From Octopus vulgaris (lineage: Eukaryota), in NCBI GenBank assembly GCA_951406725.2, contig OX597825.1, positions 23,498,001 to 23,562,000 on the forward strand: DNA of 64,000 nucleotides. The letters run 5' to 3'. The translations under genes were made by a program, and so were the position numbers. Shown here one piece after another: positions 39,971-54,312 of this stretch. Each line of letters begins with the position of its first letter. Within the stretch, counting starts at the first letter, position 1. The notes below the pieces were generated by a model. It saw only the letters and a list, made by a program, of their open reading frames with translations. It was not told the origin of the DNA and did no database searches.

Positions 39971-40359
39971 TACTTTGTCCTAACTTAGACGCAATGACAT
40001 TTACTCATTATGCCCATTTGGAGATTTCGAATGCCAGTCAAATATGCAGATAAACACGAAAGGTAATTCATAATTTAATCCTTATTAAAACGACTATGTT
40101 GCAATGTAAGCCAAAACAGTCTGCAAAAAGGTAACATTTCAGTACAAGTTTACAAAATGGAAAGCTTTTTCAGCTGTGAGCTGTGGTGGATTCTTATATC
40201 CAAGTCGATGGAAATGATTTCAAAAATATATATAAATATAAGCACAGACATGAATGCGTGGTAAGAAGCTTGCCTCTCAAACACATAGTTCCGGGTTCAG
40301 TGCCCTAAAGACACTCTGTAACTTCTACCGGTTATTTTATTATACATATATAGTTTATT

Positions 40360-40940
40360 TTTTTCTACTCAAGGCACAAGGCCCGAAATTTTGGAGGAGG
40401 GTGCCAGTCGATTAGATCGACCCCAGTACGCAACTGGTACTTAATTTATCGACCCCGAAAGGATGAAAGGCAAAGTCGACCTCGGCGGAATTTGAACTCA
40501 GAACGTAGCGGCAGACGAAATACCTATTTCTTTACCACCCACAAGGGGCTAAACACAGAGGGGACAAACAAGGACAGATAAACGGATTAAGTCGATTACA
40601 TCGACCCCAGTGCGTAACTGCTACATATTTAATCGACCCGGAAAGGATGAAAGGCAAAGTCGACCTCGGCGGAATTTGAACTCAGAACGTAACGGCAGAC
40701 GAAATACCTATTTCTTTACTACCCGCAAGGGGCTAAACACAAAGGGAACAAACAAGGACAGACAAACGGATTAAGTCGATTACATCGATCCAAGTGCATA
40801 ACTGGTACTTAATGAATCGACCCGGAAAAGATGAAAGGCAAAGTCGACCTCGGCGGAATTTGAACTCAGAACGTAACGGCAGACGAAATACCGCTAAGCA
40901 TTTCGCCCGGAGTGCTAACGATCCTGCTAGCTTTCCGCCC
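40360..40940 (-). mobile_element. Family-B SINE trimer with a single flanking TSD
   Basis: Three units; flanked by TATACATA(A)TATAGTTTATTT at ~40341 and ~40941. Confidence 0.85.
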
Positions 40941-41337
40941 TATACATAATATAGTTTATTTGCCAACTGCCTGACCGTAACGGATTTCGACCTCCGAGGA
41001 TTGAAGAACTATATGGCCTTCGGCTGTCGGGTTTGATGAATCGCCCATGGGGCTGAGACCTTTGTGGACGCGAAACCACTGTTCACTCTATGACCGGACA
41101 TAGCGCGCACGCGTGTATGTGCATATGTGCATATATGCAGTATAAATATCCTCATTGCAAAACATCTCGCGAGACAGTCGAAAATATCTGGAAGTAGATA
41201 TCAATATACACTCGTAATGCAAGAATGCACATCGTAAGTAATAACACCGAGCGCTTAAAGCTATCTATAGCCTTGGTATGGAAAACATGTAACCGAGAGA
41301 CCATGCATGACCGGGAGATATGCTGGAACAAGCCTTT

Positions 41338-42040
<703 letters not shown>

Positions 42041-42729
42041 ATGTTTATATCGAATATTCGAGTAGATTTAATGTGTTGAGTAAAAAAGTTGTTTTTGTGG
42101 TTAAAATACAGCAATATATATTCTTTAGGAGATAAAATCCGAAACATAAATAGAATCTTTTGTCTGCAAGTTCCTTCACAAATTAAATATATTCCTTTTA
42201 GTGTGTTGCTTAAACTATTCTTTCTCTAAAAGATTTCGGCTTCATGGATGTGTGTATGTCTACAAATGGATATGTGGCTATATGGATATGTAGATATGTG
42301 TATCTCTGCATGTGTGTCATGTGTTTGTGTCTATGGACGTAACTGTTTTCTATGTGTGTGTGTGCGTGTGTGTGTTTAATATCACTTTCCAAATTATCTT
42401 TTGGGCTCCAAGCACGAATATTATATGCATGCATGTGTGTGTGTGTGTTTGTTGTAGTGCTCTTACTTTTGACTCTAGCCAGAATAATATTATTGAAGAT
42501 TATGTAATATATTTAGAATACACACATACAAACACACGCACATACACACATACACACATATATATACACACACGCCCATGGATGTTTGTGCATACTTACG
42601 TATACTTACAGGCATATTCGTATATTCATGCTTACAATATACATTGATTTGTATGTGTGTGTATGCATATATATATATACACACGCACACATTTATATAT
42701 ACATAGCTATGGATAAGAGGTAAAAGCAT

Positions 42730-42767
42730 CATGATGATAAAGATGATGTTGATGATGATAAATAATT

Positions 42768-42800
<33 letters not shown>

Positions 42801-43153
42801 GTGATGATGATGATGATGAGGATGAGGATGATGTTGGTGATGAGGATGATGATTGTGATGATGATGATGATGAGGATGAGGATGATGATGATGTTGATGA
42901 TGAAGATGATGATAGTGATGATGATGATGATGAGGAGGATGAGGATGATGATTGTGATGATTATGATGTTGATGATAATGATGTTGATGAAGATGAGGAT
43001 GAGGATGATGATTATGACGATGATTATGACGATGATGATGATGATGATGATGGTGATGATGGTGATGATGATGATGAGGATGATGATTGATGATGATGAT
43101 GATGATGATTATGACGACGACGACGATGATGATGATGATGATGATGATGATGA
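42730..43153. repeat. (GAT)n microsatellite
   Basis: Direct inspection; source of spurious poly-D/poly-M ORFs. Confidence 0.95.
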
Positions 43154-43158
43154 CTTAC

Positions 43159-43212
43159 CTTTGTTGCTGCTGATATCGATGAAGATAATACAGGTATGTG
43201 TGAATGCACAGG
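43159..43212 (-). CDS. Putative exon 3 of - strand gene (PVHSHIPVLSSSISAATK)
   Basis: Acceptor ctctacAG and perfect donor AAG|GTAAGT; 54 nt, phase 0/0. Confidence 0.5.
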
Positions 43213-43859
43213 CTGTAGAGTCTCATTTTGTAATATAATAAATAAAAAGCAAAAAATAAAAATTCAAAACAAATCTTTAATTAACTGACATCCACGTGAT
43301 TAGCAAACACGATCTCTCCAGCGATATATAAACCAACGTTGATTATCCTTGATTTCAGCAAAGCCATTGACTGACAAGGTTGTCTAACGAAGACTTCTAC
43401 TACAAGAGTAACAGGAAAGTTGAACGTTTGGACCTTCGGTTTCCTGAAAGAGTGGTGCCAAATGATGGTAGCCGGGGTATGCTACCCAAGATTTTTGTAT
43501 TAATAAGCGGAGCATTTACAAAATCCCTTTCCGAGCCCCCGTTTGTTGCTCATATCTGGTCAGACATAAACAAGAGTTTACCATTATATATAGAACTGAA
43601 GCACAAACTTTGTGGTTAAGAAGTTCGCTTTGCAGCCGCGGGGTTTCGTGTTCAGTCTCGTTGCGCTGCACTTTGGACAAGTGACTTCTACTATGGTCCT
43701 GGATCGACCAACAATGCTTTATGAGCGAATTTGGTAGACGGCCGTTATCTATCTATCCATCCATCCATCCATCCATCCATCCATTCATCCATCCATCCAT
43801 CCATCCATCATCTATCCATCCATCCATCCATCCATCATCTATCCATCCATCCATCCATC

Positions 43860-44945
<1,086 letters not shown>

Positions 44946-44959
44946 ATTAAAACAGATTG

Positions 44960-45490
44960 CTTACAGCACCTAGGTTTCCCGAGCGGTCATCCATCTTCTG
45001 CGAGATTATCAAAAGAGCTTTGAAGAAATTCACGTCTAAGTTGTAGTAGCCACCTCGAAAAATCTTGTTCATTTGCATTTGTTCTCATGTTTTGCGTAAG
45101 TTGTGTTTGATGAAAATTATCCCACACATAGGTGCGTCTGAGGTTGGCATCAAGTACAGCTGCGGGAAGAGCTTTGGGAAGAACTGGAAGAACTTGCCTA
45201 AAATCTCCTCCTAGTACGATAATTTCCCCACCAAATATACTATTACTATTCATAATATCTCTTAAACTATTATCTATAGCTTTCAATAAACTGATGCCAT
45301 TGAAGCTTCGTCGATAATGAAGGCTTTTACGCGCCAAAGAATGTTTCCTTGATCAGAATTTGGTGGAACATTGCATACATTTGTTTCTCTCAATGGAACT
45401 CGAAGCTTGAATATACTGTAAAGAGTTTTACCACCTTTCAAGAGTGTTGCAGTAATGACAGTCCAGAAGCCAAGGGAAATAACTCGAATC
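44960..45490 (-). pseudogene. Second decayed PIF1/Helitron helicase fragment
   Basis: GGKTLYSIFKL, IIDEASM (frameshifted), FGGEIIVLGGDFRQVLPV, LTQNMRTNANEQDFSRWLLQL. Confidence 0.85.
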
Positions 45491-46357
45491 TAATCCTGGC
45501 TTATCTCCCTTAGCGTGACAAACACGGACGGTACAAGCGTATTAAAATATGAATGACGTAATATAAATAAAATGTCAAATGTTTAGTGCGTGTATTTTGG
45601 CCCACCTTCTATATGTGTGTGTGCGTGTGCGTGCGTGCGTGTGTGTGTGTGTTACATTCTTAGCTTGTGAAGTATGATTGCGACATTTATAAGAGATTCT
45701 GATATTTATGCCTTGTTATTTACAAAATATAATCATTGTGAAATAATATTTGATTTTGTTTCACTTCGTCTTAACATCAGCGATAAAAAAAATAGCAAAA
45801 AGAAAAAAAAAAAGAATAATAAAAAAAGTACGAAAATGAAATGAAATGAAATGAATTTAGAACATTTCTAATTACTTTCATTGACATTTTCCTGTTTTTA
45901 TCTGATAAAATTCGTAATAAAAAAAAAGTCAATATTTAAACAGAGATACCATTTTCGTTTGTTCTCTCTCTGTTTTGTGTTGTCTTGAATTTAAAAAGTT
46001 TCCTCCTGTTTACAATGTAAGTATTGACTAAACTTAATACTCACAAATTCTAACTCTTCCCTCACATGTTTGCACACGTTAACCAACATCATTGCTGCTG
46101 TCTGCACCCACTCTTTTTCTCGTTTGTTTCTGACCAATAGCTTGAACACCACCTCCCACAATTCTCCGTTTTCCTCTGTCCACAAACCCTATATTTATTT
46201 TTCGATCCCACTGCTTTCATCTATTACCACAAAGGCTCACTGAAACAATACACTAACATTTTCTTTATTTTTTTAATTTAACTCTCTTGAAAAAGAGCAT
46301 ATGCTCGAAATATAAATACATTTTCTGTGTCCTTGTTGCTGACAACATCAATGCTAT

Positions 46358-46750
46358 AGGCGCATGTGTAGCTGTATGGTAAGAAGCTTGCTTCCTAACC
46401 ACATGGTTCAGGGTTCAGTCCGACTGCATGGCACCTTGGGCAAGTGTCTTATGCTATAGCCTCGGGTCAACCAAAGCTTTGTGAGCCGATTTGGTAAAAG
46501 GAAACTGAAAGAAGCTTGTATATGCGCGCGCGTGTGTGTGTGTGTGTGTGTGTTCCTCACCAAAGTTTTACGAGTTGTGTTGGTGTGCTTACGTCCCTGT
46601 AAACTAGTGGTTCGTCAAAAGAGATCGATAGAATGAGTACGAAAATTAAAGAATTATGAGTACTGCGGTCGATTCATTCGGCTAAAAAGTCTCCAATGTG
46701 GTGCTACAGAATGACCGTAGTGTAACGACTGAAATAAATACAAGATAAAA
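46358..46750 (+). mobile_element. SINE family A (diverged)
   Basis: Head, CORE-like segment and tail all recognisable. Confidence 0.75.
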
Positions 46751-47110
46751 AAATAATAGAAAAATAGTTTTAGAAGACCGGTGTATATGACATATATAAT
46801 GTGTATACAAACGCCGAACGGCACGACCCGTAGTACTTTGTATCAGAGAAACTTCCCAAAATGACTCTAATGTCAAAAACACAGTGCGTCACTAGACACA
46901 GTGTATCGGCTTAATTTGATACTTGTCGGTGACGAATAGCTCGGAAGTTCTGAACTAAACCGGAAAATACATGTTCCAATATAGAAACCGGTAAACAAAA
47001 CATTTACTAACAATAATATTATTGCTTGTTTACACTTTTTCGATATCAGTGACTTTTCGTCACTGGAAAAAGGATATATGTATTTGCATCGGGTAGGCAC
47101 TTCACATCGA

Positions 47111-47185
47111 CAACCGGTGATTTATCACACGCTGATGACGGGTCAATACCCAGAAACCCGTGTCCGTGTGTATCACGTCAGGTTG
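47111..47185 (+). ncRNA. Type I minimal hammerhead ribozyme-like motif
   Basis: Stem I CACACG (47126-31) pairs with CGTGTG (47165-70); core CTGATGA (47132-38); stem II GGGT-caat-ACCC; GAAA (47153-56); short stem III C-ccgt-G; GTC cleavage triplet ending 47164; stem extends via GTGAT/ATCAC and CAACC/GGTTG. Confidence 0.65.
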
Positions 47186-47704
47186 AAGATGGGAAGGATG
47201 ACTTCCCTTTGCAAATACTGATAGGGCGCAGAAAGCGTGTCAATAGCCAGCTGGAGGGGGGTGTCCTCCTGGGGCTACAAGCTACAGTAGCATCCACCCT
47301 TAAGGGTTAGCCGCAAAATATTTACTGATTTGTACGAAAGCTACACATACTAGAATTAAAATCAAATACGTACTAGTTTTTATTTCATTACATTTTTGGT
47401 TTCTGATGCATTCCCACTCATTCTAGATTTCGGATTTGTCTAATAATGGTTTTATCATTTTCTTCATATTTCCTCCTCTTCCTTCCCCAAATGTTTCCTT
47501 GTCTTCTAATGTTGCGAAAGCAAACAAGTTTCTGGGTTTGTTTATCAGATTGAAGCCTGTTCTTTCTTTTGCGACTAATCCATGGAGCTTCCATCATACC
47601 ATCGTATTCGTCATTGTAATAGTTAAGACCACATCCAGCGAATGTTCTGCTGCCTTTGTGATAGGAGATTGTATATTTAAGTCCCTAATCTTTGGACAGC
47701 TTAT

Positions 47705-48280
47705 GTCTTCATCATCGCCATCATCATCCTCATCATCATCACCACCATCATCACCATCACCACCACTATCGTCATCGTCAAAACCAACATAACCATCACC
47801 ATTATCATCATCATCATCCTCATCATCATCACCACCATCATCACCATCATCACCACTATCATCATCGTCAAAACCAACATAACCATCACCATCATCATTA
47901 TCACCATCATCATCCTCATCATCATCACCACCACCATCATCACCATCACCACCACTATCATCATCATCAAAACCAACATATCCATCACCATCATCATCGT
48001 CGTCGTCGTCGTTCTGCCAGCTTCATCATTAATCATCGTCAAAACCAACATAACCATCACCATCATCATCCTCATCATCATCACCACCATCATCACCATC
48101 ACCACCACTATCATCATCATCAAAACCAACATATCCATCACCATCATCATCGTCGTCGTCGTCGTTGTCGTCTTCCTAACCATCATCATCATAATCCCCA
48201 GCATCATAATAATTCATCAGCATCTTCATCACCACTATAGTTACCACAGTAACCACCATCACTGCCAGCTTCATCATTAA
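47705..48280. repeat. (CAT/CAC)n-derived higher-order tandem repeat (~90-100-bp units)
   Basis: Unit marker TCAAAACCAACAT recurs five times; source of a spurious poly-His ORF. Confidence 0.9.
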
Positions 48281-48879
48281 TCATTAAAAAAAAAATTCTT
48301 TCTCATCATAAAAATTTTCCTGTTCCGTTTCTTCCACTTTTTCCGTTCTCCATGGCAGTTTCCCCATCATCTCCAATCCTCATGTGTAACCCCTATCACC
48401 GGTATGCTATGGAGAGGTACTACTGGGAAGAAGGACTTCGACTTCCTGGTCGTCGACTCCTGGCACTGAAGACGAGGCGGTATGTTTTTGTTAGCATCCT
48501 CGGAGCTGTAACCAGTCGCACACTCGGGACAGAAGCTTCTGAATATCTTGTCATTGTTATTACGCCTGGGTAACTTAAAACAAAAGGAATGACCAGTTAA
48601 ACAGGCCACTAATAACTAACGCTGAAAGATGTCAGATATTAAAGGGATCAAGAATTTATAGCTCTATAGGGGTTCAACGAAGAGGAGTAGATTCAGCCCA
48701 CTAGAGTTTGGGAACTGTGTAGCAGAGATTGTATCCAACGAACTAGGAGGGTCATACGAATGAGACGATTTGGCGTGGCTGTTTGGACGATGGCGAGTTG
48801 GCACTGGAGTCAAACGCACAAGCGTGTCCGTGTGCAGAAATATACATATACAGATTGAGAGAGTGTCAGAGAGATAGAG

Positions 48880-49125
48880 AGATAGACAAGGGCCAGATAT
48901 CAAGACCTCACCAATTTCCTGTCCAGCCACGCGGTCCTAGATATTCTTTCTAATGCATCTGGTGTCGCTGAAATGCATATCTAATTTCTAACAAAATCAT
49001 GTTATCCGCCTTGACCAATAGCATCCCATTTTCCAGTAGCCGGCTTCGACTTCCTGTATTTCTCATTCGGTAATCTGAACCTAACGAGGTTAGAAGCCTG
49101 CGAAACTTTAAGTCACATAGTGCCG
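48880..49125 (-). mobile_element. Possible Tx1/L1-like ORF2 remnant
   Basis: - strand GSDY (SDH-like) followed in another frame by GYWK, as at the end of L1/Tx1 endonuclease domains. Confidence 0.3.
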
Positions 49126-49135
49126 AACCAAACTG

Positions 49136-49527
49136 GGATCTTTTCGGTTTGAACGGCAGTTTTTTCTAGCGGTGTCATATGAAATTGTCACCCATAATTA
49201 TGACCCTAGTATCGATCTATTACATTTCAATCTATTTTAGGGTTAGGGGTGGGGGGAAGGGTACCTTTTTTTTCTTCACAAATATAAATAAATCCAATCT
49301 GTTTTTTTAAACGAGAGACATATTCATACGGCACAGAATGTTTTTTTACCTCAATAGACGTCACTGATTGGTTGAAATTGCAGAAAAAGAACAACAAATA
49401 TCTTACAAACCATAGAATGTTCTCAATAAAGCCAAGAGAAAATGATGTTTTATAAACACATTCTACCAGTATACGAAGTTTAAAATTTTTCAGTTACCTA
49501 GAAATTATGTTAAAACCGAAAAGATCC
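49136..49527. mobile_element. Same 8-bp-TSD MITE, copy 2
   Basis: Same TIR with the right TIR partly deleted; TSD CCAAACTG/TCAAACAG (6/8 match). Confidence 0.85.
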
Positions 49528-49577
49528 TCAAACAGTTCTAAATAACAGTAATAATAAATGTTAACAACAACAACAAC

Positions 49578-49632
<55 letters not shown>

Positions 49633-50796
49633 TTTACACCAATAATAATAATACACATACGTATACAGGAATTGGTATGTAGACATAAAATCTCCGATCG
49701 GCTCTATCGATTCTGTAGGTCTCTGACTGATATTTCCATTAAATCACTACTTCTTTTCTTTTTTGTAAAATTGCTTGCTGCATTTAGTTAAACTACGTAA
49801 GCAGAGCACAAATAACATCTTAAATCTCTCTCGTATTAAATCTCAAATAAAATATCTGAGCTCGGTAATTCATCGGTTTATGGTACTGGAACATTCTAAT
49901 TATTTAGACAAACTGCTGTCACTGTTGAAGGTATCAACAGTTCGCTTCACATAGAGTTGATAGAATGTTTTTTTTTCTTCAAAGCTAAATGTGAATAAAA
50001 ACAGAATATAAACCAACTTACAAGTTTCTTTGATCTGGTGAAACTGAAAGGTCAAAATATTCCTGAAACTTTCAGAAAAAAAAAATCTAAAGAAAAATTT
50101 TACAACCGTCGTTGTATATGGTTATAAGTTTAACGAGTGCTTTGTTTGTTTAGTGATACGAATCGATCTCCGAAATTAATTTTGTGAAAAACTGATGCTA
50201 TCACACACATCGATCGAACTTTCCTTTCATGTTTACGCAACTCACATGAGATATTATTTTGGCACTATATACAACCACCTGGCTGTAAAACACACAGTTA
50301 TCATTAACTCTGCAATTCCATCCGTACTCCAAGGAATTGTTGTCGTCAGATATTTGCAGTTTGATTATCATAATGATAGCGTCGTTTTTTTTCTACAGCT
50401 GTAACTGACTTTGACGTTTTTCTTCTTAAACACCTTATTGATGATAATAAAGGAGATTCTCGTGAAATAAGGAAAAGCTCTTGTAGATGGCAACGGATAT
50501 TATAGGAGAAAAGGGGGAGGGAAAAACATCAACACTAATTATATAAGACAAGTAAATTTGTTATTGTTTAACACCAATTTGGCACTGACCACAGATATTT
50601 ACGATCAAAAACATTGAAGCCAAGACTATAACGTCTATTTAGCGACTTAAGTAAACCTTAGATTACATGATACATAATGTTCCATTTTTTAAGCTGGTAG
50701 CGTGTGGTTTTAGTGGGGATGTAACAACTATTTATTGCAGGTCAAGCGACTGGTAATAAGCACTTTCGTTGGTTCATCAAATTACGTATTTTATAC

Positions 50797-50870
50797 CTTT
50801 GATGAAAATAAGGTTTGTGAAGTGGCGAGAAGCTTCGGTATTTGCGACGCAGTTTCGATTCTCGGTCGAC
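50797..50870 (-). CDS. Putative exon 2 of - strand gene (GRPRIETASQIPKLLATSQTLFSSK)
   Basis: Acceptor tgttttgcAG, donor AAG|GTATAA; 74 nt, phase 1 in and phase 0 out; non-repetitive sequence. Confidence 0.4.
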
Positions 50871-51144
50871 CTGCAAAACATTAACTTGCTTTTTTTTTCT
50901 CTGTTCTATGGTTGTAAATGCTGACATTTTTCATTCGTAATGTCTACTATGACGTTTCTTGGAATGTGGCCCAAGCAATATTTGAGATATTCTCATTTTA
51001 AAAATCACCTCCGGCTAATCGCTGAGAGGACGTTCGAGTTGCCTCGGCGGAGGTTTGCACTCCTTGAGTACTCTTGCTATTGCTTAAACTAAGCATTCTC
51101 ATTATCGTGTGACTGTGAAGGCATTCAAAAGGACAGAATTAATA

Positions 51145-51985
51145 TTTGTTTCAAATTTTGGCACAAGGCCAGACATTTCGGGGAACTGGGTAAGTCAATT
51201 ATATCGACTCCAATGGTATTTATTTTATCGACCCTGCAGGGATGAAAGGCAAAGTCGACCTCGACGGAATTTGAACTCAGAACGTAAAGAGAGATAAAAT
51301 GCCGCTAAACATTTTGCCCGGTGTGCTAACGATTCTGCCACCTTGCCGACGTAGATGGAGTTAATACTGATTTCAAATATTGGCACAAGGCCAGCAATAT
51401 CGGAGAAGGTAGTAAGTCCATTAAACGACACCGGTGATCATCTGGTACTCATTTTATCGACCCTGAAAGGATGAAAGGTGAAGTCGACTTCACGTTGAAC
51501 TCAGAATGTGAAAACAGACGAAATGCCTATTTCTTTACTACCCACAAGGGGCTAAAGACAGAGAGGACAAACAAATAGATTAAGTCGATTATACCGACCC
51601 CAGTGCGTAACTGGTACTCAATTTATCGACCCCGAAAGGATGAAAGGCAAAGTCGACCTCGGCTGAATTTGAACTCAGAACGTAACGACAGACGAAATAC
51701 GGCTACGCATTTTGTCCGGCGTGCTAACATTTCTGCCAACTCGCCGCCTTCAGATGAAATTAATATTCATTTCTTTGTTGCCCACAGGGGGCTAAACATA
51801 GAGGGGACAAACAAGGACAGACAAACGGATTAAGTCGATTACATCAATCCCAGTGCATAACTGGTACTTATTTAATTCGAGTCCGAAAGGATGAAAGGCA
51901 AAGTCGACCTCGGCACGTAACGACAGACGAAATACGGCTAATCATTTCGCCCGGCATGCTAACGTTTCTGCCAGCACGCCGCCTT
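51145..51985 (-). mobile_element. Tandem cluster of family-B SINEs
   Basis: Four units separated by repeated copies of a GATGAAATTAATATT-like flank. Confidence 0.8.
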
Positions 51986-52526
51986 CAGATGAAATTAATA
52001 TTGCATAGTTAACTCGGATGTCACCACCTAAGTCATTTGCAAGGGTAATAATGGTGGTGAGCTGGCAGAATCGTTAGAGCATTGAGAAAAACAAAATGTT
52101 TTGCTGTATTTCTTCTTGGTCCTTAATTTCCGCGTTCAAATCTCGCCGAGGTCAATATTGCCCTTCAACCTTCCGACTAAGTTTGATGGTATCAAAGAAG
52201 TCCCTCTTTTCAAAATAGCTCTCTCCGTGCCTAATTCAAGAATCGTATGCAGCAGCAAAAATGCACCGGCATTATCAATAAAACGAAAAGATTCTTTCAA
52301 AAAAAATTCTAATTTCAAAGTAAAATAAGAAAAAGCAAACAAAAGAGAAAAATACAAAAACAACAGGTAAAAAAAAAAAAAAAGTTCTCTCATAATTTCA
52401 CTCTGAAGAAAAAAGATAATTTTTAATTTATAATCTTCTGGTTTATTAAACATAAAGTAGGAATGTTTGTGTTTAACGTCTCATTTCCATTGCTTCAATG
52501 TCTGTCTCCTGGGATTAGTATTACAC

Positions 52527-52558
<32 letters not shown>

Positions 52559-52663
52559 TGCATACAAAGTAGAGAAAAAATGTGTGTATGTGTGAGTGTG
52601 TATAAATATTTATGTTTGTGCACATATATGTACGTATATATGAATTATGTATGTATGTATGTT

Positions 52664-53051
<388 letters not shown>

Positions 53052-53469
53052 GTATATACACACACACATGAGGCCACCGGTTGGCAGAGTTGTTACAGTG
53101 TTGGATAGATTACTTTCCTGTTCAAGTTCAATCCCTGCATTGAAGTCGATTCCCTGTTTTCTCTTATTTTATCTTGTTTGGTTTTCTTTGTTTGTTTGTT
53201 TCTTATTTATTTTCTTTGTTCTAGAAGAAATCAGATTGGAGATGCCTAACACATGACCGTTTCTTGCACTGAGTGCCTGAGACAACCCAAGCCTTTCTAT
53301 ATGTAGTGTTTCATTGAAGACGAAAAGACTATCTGGTGATCGGTTACGCGAAACTCTGAATAAGAGGTTGTGAAGTCTTTTGAGATTCAAAAAAAAAAAA
53401 AAAACCTCCAGAAAAAATACTATTTTTTTAACTTTTGGTATTCGAGGTCGCCACAGAGCGTCAAACTGG

Positions 53470-53900
53470 TGACGGAACTTTAAGCAATCTGGCGCCAGTA
53501 CACAAAGAAGATTGATTCGGTGCGAAAGAAGAGCTACTGGGATAAGTTAAATGAACCGAAGCTCTATTTTTTAGAGAGAAAACCTAAAAGATTTGCAGTG
53601 ACGTACATACAAAAGATAATGGAAAGTCTGTCTCCCAGCTTTGGAAATGAAAGCTATACTAACCACTGATCTGGACGGAACTGCATAGGGCCAAAGTTCC
53701 TGTCCAGATAAAGGACCCAGCGCTGTAACAGCTTGTGTTTTAAGGGTTCACAACTATTCAACATTCTGCCAAACAGCCTCAGAAATTTGCGAGATGTAGT
53801 CGTGGAGGGTCTTCTAAGAATGTTTGGACAAATTTGTATCAAACAGATGAAACCACTTCGCGGTAGAAGACACAGGGAAGAGTAGCTCTGCACAACTTGC
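53470..53900 (+). mobile_element. Decayed CR1/Jockey-group LINE ORF2 C-terminus
   Basis: SYWDKLNEPKLYFLER.PKRFAVTYIQKIME...NSLCFKGSQLFNILPNSLRNLRD matches the typical LxLxSLExRR...LFNxLP tail. Confidence 0.6.
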
Positions 53901-54044
53901 TACTTCGTCAGAAACAATACAAAGAAATCCAGTCGCACATAAAGGCAGTGCTCCAGCATGGCTTCAGCGTCTGGTTGAAACCAGTTAAATATAATAGATA
54001 AAAGACTGTATAGATTATTTCAATAGGTGTACAGATTTTATATA

Positions 54045-54278
54045 TATTTCTTTACTACCCACAAGGGGCTAAACATAGAGACGACAAACACGGACAGACA
54101 AAGAGATTAAGTCGATTACATCGACCCCAGTGCGAAACTGGTACTTTATTTATCGACCCCGAAAGGATGAAAGGCTAAGTCGACCTCGGCAGAATTTGAA
54201 CTCAGAACGAAACGGTAGACGAAATATGGCTACGCATTTCGCCCGGCGTGCTAACGTTTCTGCCAGCTCGCCGCCTTT

Positions 54279-54312
<34 letters not shown>

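Noticed and set aside
42731-43238. Poly-Asp / poly-Met ORFs
   Set aside because: (GAT)n microsatellite; it lies just inside the intron after the - strand donor at 43158.
43365-43400. CTGACAAGGTTGTCTAACGAAG hammerhead-like string (similar weak cases near 39050 and 56630)
   Set aside because: Too many core mismatches and no convincing stem I.
47418-47675. ~80-codon open frame on the - strand (GLKYTISYHKG...IRNLE*)
   Set aside because: No polypyrimidine acceptor or recognisable motif; cannot be supported as an exon.
47692-48240. 182-aa His-rich ORF resembling histidine-rich beak/metal-binding proteins
   Set aside because: (CAT/CAC)n higher-order repeat that is open in several frames; no ATG, signal peptide or clear splice sites.
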